A stretch of DNA of 64,000 nt from the NCBI RefSeq assembly GCF_902459465.1, contig NC_047073.1, forward strand, positions 13,268,001 through 13,332,000, read 5' to 3'. Below, piece after piece: positions 61,201 through 64,000 of this stretch; positions within the stretch are counted from its first letter, which is position 1; every line of letters starts with the position of its first letter. Under the pieces are notes generated by a model. It saw nothing but the letters and a program-made list of their open reading frames with translations. It had not been told where the DNA came from and made no database searches. This stretch comes from Asterias rubens (lineage: Eukaryota). The position numbers were made by a program, and so were the translations under genes.

Positions 61201-62016
61201 GAAGTTTCAATCTTAGGGTTTGAGTCTAAGAAGAAAAGCGGCAAGTTTGGTTCACCGGAACGGATTCTGTACACACGGAAGCATGTTCTACCTACCTTGA
61301 CTGATTCTGAAGTAAGTAAGCACAGGTCACTTAGAGCTTCCACCGATTGTCCGATGAAATCCAGAGACACTGCGGGGCTCTTCGGCTTGGATGAAGTTAC
61401 TGAAGAGCAGGAGACTGAGAGCATTGGATCGATCCTGGAAAATGACGACGATACAAAAGAAAATGGCAGCGGTGAAAACGGAGATGAAGCCGAGATTGAT
61501 TTAGGACTGGCTGGCACACCCGAGAAGCTACAAGATATAAACAAAGATGCTGTTCTCAACATTCCACCAGAGAAAGTACAAGATGAAAACAAGGATGTGG
61601 ATATTAAGATTCCGACCAAGAAGGTACAAGAACCGAATGAAGACGATGGTGTCAAGATTCCGTCAGAGAATGCGCAAATCTCTGTGGATGAAGAGGGTGG
61701 GGGAGCAAGCGCTGGACAAGTCGTAGAGAATGCATCATTGCGCCACACTGACCAACCTGACTTCGTTTTAAATTATATCACCGTCTGTAAAGATGATGAC
61801 GGAAGCAATGAGGAAGATATTGATGACGAGGAAGTGAAGGCAGAAATCGGAGAAGACGAAATGACGATCACAACGGGGAGTTCCTCTAACCACATGTATC
61901 CCGGTTCTAGTAATGGGACGTACATTGATCAAGTGCAGCTGGCAAACATCTCTCCAGTATCATCACCGACTCACTTAAACCATCATGACTTTAAAAATTC
62001 CACTGTCAGTTTTTAA
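46268..62016 (+). CDS. Class I cytokine receptor, gp130/IL6ST/Domeless-like (SP-Ig-CBM-FN3-TM-Box1-long tail), ~932 aa, 11 coding exons
   Basis: Exons 46268-46352, 47093-47365, 49078-49210, 50168-50361, 52092-52258, 52492-52636, 53663-53748, 54561-54693, 55836-55937, 59619-59755, 60673-62016; all GT-AG, phases consistent. Ig (LNC...ITW...DSGTYSC), PPEPATALKC..ICTW, FN3 repeats, TM FLTVACVGSICLFAAIFW, proline Box1-like GIPNFQLPP, tail LNYITV and TYIDQ. Confidence 0.85.
47403..47746. mobile_element. TTAA MITE subfamily B, receptor intron 2
   Basis: TTAA ends; reverse complement of the copy at 49440-49808. Confidence 0.8.
48538..48884. mobile_element. MITE, dominant TTAA/AGG family
   Basis: TTAA ends and intact TIRs. 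Confidence 0.85.
49341..50125. repeat. ~16-bp minisatellite (GACCAAGTTGACTTTG) interrupted by a MITE at 49440-49808
   Basis: Units at 49341-49430 and 49825-50125 flank a TTAA-bounded element. Confidence 0.75.
49440..49808. mobile_element. TTAA MITE subfamily B, receptor intron 3
   Basis: TTAA ends; inverted relative to 47403-47746. Confidence 0.8.
50417..51103. mobile_element. Head-to-tail dimer of dominant-family MITEs sharing one TTAA (50801-50804)
   Basis: Junction ...CTACTGCCT-TTAA-AGGCACTGGACAC...; the second copy has an internal deletion near its right end. Confidence 0.85.
51235..51647. mobile_element. MITE-like element with TGTGACCCGCTA..GAAAATGAGTCAGATGT inverted ends
   Basis: Inverted repeats at 51235-51270 and 51615-51647. 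Related blocks at 59263-59508. The adjacent block (51650-51800) recurs at 54890-55080 and, reversed, at 16560-16650. Confidence 0.55.
52295..52410 (-). mobile_element. CR1-group LINE 3' ORF2 fragment in receptor intron 5
   Basis: Encodes STRSHSNSFIPCTATLWNSLPCACFPPSYNV. Confidence 0.6.
52660..53190 (+). mobile_element. Decayed L2-type LINE fragment split by a family-1 SINE (52804-53030, -)
   Basis: PISHRIQYKLSLFLYNALQNNA before the SINE; GNRSFSVA...LPLTVKSSPSTTTFKTNLKSHL after it. These are contiguous L2 ORF2 C-terminal motifs. Confidence 0.65.
53827..54030. mobile_element. Element with two back-to-back tRNA-like heads flanking a ~110-bp core
   Basis: Minus strand TAGCTCAGTTGGTAGAGCACC...GTTCAAATCCC (53886-53827) and plus strand TCTCAGTTGGTAGAGCGCC (from 53997). 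Confidence 0.5.
55982..58190 (-). pseudogene. PLE reverse transcriptase ORF, frameshifted, with internal deletions
   Basis: ORF track 58190-56940 and 56850-55966 joins through the alternative frame THDYIAEGLRQLS...ILVTFDV. Conserved stretches appear missing after HIKE and after DLDSL. Confidence 0.85.
58243..58850 (-). repeat. Array of ~20 degenerate 25-30-bp units, each reading (Y)n-CAG|G on the element strand
   Basis: + strand (A)CCTG(T/A/C)..AAAA recurs at ~58244, 58265, 58292, 58321, 58350, 58381 and onward to ~58811. Confidence 0.8.
59108..59151 (-). ncRNA. Minimal type I hammerhead ribozyme in the PLE leader
   Basis: ATGCCT-CTGAAGA-A-GGTCC(GGATT)GGATC-GAAA-GC-TA^-AGGC(C)AT: core CUGAnGA and GAAA, 5-bp stem II, palindromic AGCU stem III, CUA cleavage triplet, 6-bp stem I with one bulge. 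Confidence 0.72.
59860..60212 (+). mobile_element. L2-like LINE/SINE 3' end
   Basis: GCGCCTCTGATCA...GGCGCAATATAAAT followed by (ATT)n. The left boundary is approximate. Confidence 0.5.
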
Positions 62017-62503
62017 ATTTTTTCTAAGAAGAAAGAAGTGGCACTTTTTACTTTTAAGCTGTTATTTTCTTTACTTTTGAATTTATGTGGTACGTAGACA
62101 ACATTTCTCAGTGCGGTATCTTGCCTGCCAAGAAAGACCCTGGATTTCAAGGGTTATCTTTTGTTAAACTATTTCTGTGACGTCACTCTACTGTTGAAAG
62201 TGTAGATTATTTTTACGAATCGACACTTTCGTTACGAATATACACGTAAGTCTATAGTTGAGTGTAGTTAAGTGAATAGTTCAATGTGACCAACTGTCGT
62301 TTGACAACGTATACGACATTAGATAGATTAAGTAGTGTTGTTACTATTGAGAAATTCAATTCATTGAAACTGTGTTACATAACCAATGGGGGAAATAGTT
62401 TCAAACCACTGGACACCATTGGTACTTGTCAACGACTAGTCTTCACAGTTAGTGTATATCAGCATATATGCGTGGTGCGTGGTGCATGCGATCACACCGC
62501 ATG

Positions 62504-62658
62504 ACCCACCCGTATACACACTGTCACATATCGTACGACTACTGTGCACACAAGTCATCCGCACTCGTACCACTAACCGCAAGCGGAGGCAGACGCATGC
62601 GGATAGTGTACGGGGTCATCGTGTCGTGCGATGTTACGCACAGTGAATACGGGTGGGT
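62504..62658. repeat. Inverted repeat (hairpin/MITE-like) downstream of the receptor stop
   Basis: ACCCACCCGTATACACACTGT / ACAGTGAATACGGGTGGGT arms. Confidence 0.55.
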
Positions 62659-63920
62659 TTTTATACAGCGGCGGTCTTTTTTTCGGAGTGAATAATTCGA
62701 CTGCCTTGAGCAAGGCTATTCATAAAGTGGTCACGTTTTTTGGGATCGCCAAAAAAAACACTATCTGAATAATATGTCCATGCTGCAGACAGTTATAGCA
62801 CTTCTCAGACTCAAGTTTTTGGGGCATAAACTCTGATATCTTTTTCATAACCACGTTACTTCAAAGTGGAATGTTTCTTTGAGTGATTACCAAAATAATA
62901 CATTCCCTTTAAAATTTTCTAGAATGATTTCAAAATGTGAACTCATTCCAACATGAAAAAGATACTTATATACTTAGATGCCAAAGTTTATATGTACTGT
63001 ACTTATTTTTTTGTCAAAGAATTACATTAACTCTTAAGAAATTACATAAAAATACAAAAGTATATTTGAATACAAAATTTACAAGGTATTAATTGTTTTC
63101 AACCGTGTGCTGAAAAAATACAAAAGTACTATTGTTTTAAACCATTTGCAAAAAAAAAGACAAAGTACTAATTGTTTAAAATCATGTACTTTTAAATATG
63201 ATAAGTACACAAGTGCAAGTCAGTGGTCCGTGCAATACAACTTTACATCACACTCTTGTTGCTATGGTTTGACCGATCATTATCGAGGATTCAAGTTTGC
63301 TTGCAGATAAAAACATAACAATTTTATAAGTTACAGCAACCCTTTATGAAGATGTATTACATATTGTATTAATGGTTAAAATTAAAAATAACATTTTGCC
63401 ATATTTGTTGGTATGCTTTGATACACAAGTCGGTCACAGAAATGTATAAATGGTGCTTGAGTTTTTTCACTTTTATATCATGGAAACATCTCCATATTTT
63501 CACATTTTTGATATATATTTTATAAATACATCCTGAAAAGGATTTCAAAAGGGTAACCTATCCATTGCTTGTATGCTAGCCTTTTTTTTTTACTAGTCTC
63601 CAATTAGATATAAATCACCTGGCTCAAATTTCATAAAGCCTATAAGCACACCAACTTGCTAAGCACAGGATACTATTGCTTAGCAGAAACAGCTTACCAG
63701 CCAAAATCACATTAAGTTTGCATCTGCTTACAGGCTGTATGAATTTGAACCCAGGGTGTTGCTACAAATTCCTGAAAATGCAAGACCGTCTTCAAATTTG
63801 AGGAATTCCAAATAAGCATTTTTTGCTTTTGACCAAGTAAAGCTTGGTTCATACTTCCTGCAAATGTTTAGTCTTGGTTCAGGACTCTCCCGTTATTAAT
63901 ATCTCTCCATAGACCACTGT

Positions 63921-64000
63921 CACAAGAGGGTGCACTCTCACCGTAGATCGCAGTTCTCAGGGTGATAGCGGTCTATGGTGAGATAGTGCGCCCTCTTGTG
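63921..64000. repeat. Hairpin at the window edge, probably part of a MITE
   Basis: CACAAGAGGGTGCACTCTCACCGTAGATCGC and GCGGTCTATGGTGAGATAGTGCGCCCTCTTGTG are near-perfect reverse complements. Confidence 0.6.

Noticed and set aside
60735-61748. Long minus-strand ORFs (93 aa and 206 aa)
   Set aside because: Antisense shadows of the receptor's last coding exon.

Overview
AT-rich, repeat-dense animal genomic DNA with spliceosomal introns. It is probably an invertebrate deuterostome such as an echinoderm; this is inferred from protein style and Deu/Meta-type SINEs. One N-gap lies at 25685-25813. Five complete multi-exon genes were reconstructed by hand with consistent intron phases: ATP5F1D (+), UQCRH (-), CDC20 (-), a GPX7/8-type glutathione peroxidase (+) and a gp130-like class I cytokine receptor (+). 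A probable first exon of an unresolved gene (-) lies near 6.2 kb. Between GPX7/8 and the receptor are three mir-31 hairpins (-) with identical mature sequence. Upstream of them is a candidate distal CDC20 first exon that resembles the CDC20 N-terminus and is phase-compatible with CDC20 exon 2. Together these reproduce the vertebrate CDC20B / nested GPX8 / intronic miR-449 architecture, but with miR-31 in place of miR-449. The 3' UTRs of both flanking genes carry miR-31 seed sites. Receptor intron 9 holds a decayed Penelope-like retroelement with a minimal hammerhead ribozyme and a tandem array of splice-acceptor-like repeats. The rest is TTAA-flanked MITEs, tRNA-derived SINEs, LINE 3' fragments and minisatellites. 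Vertebrate comparisons are recalled knowledge and were not re-checked here.
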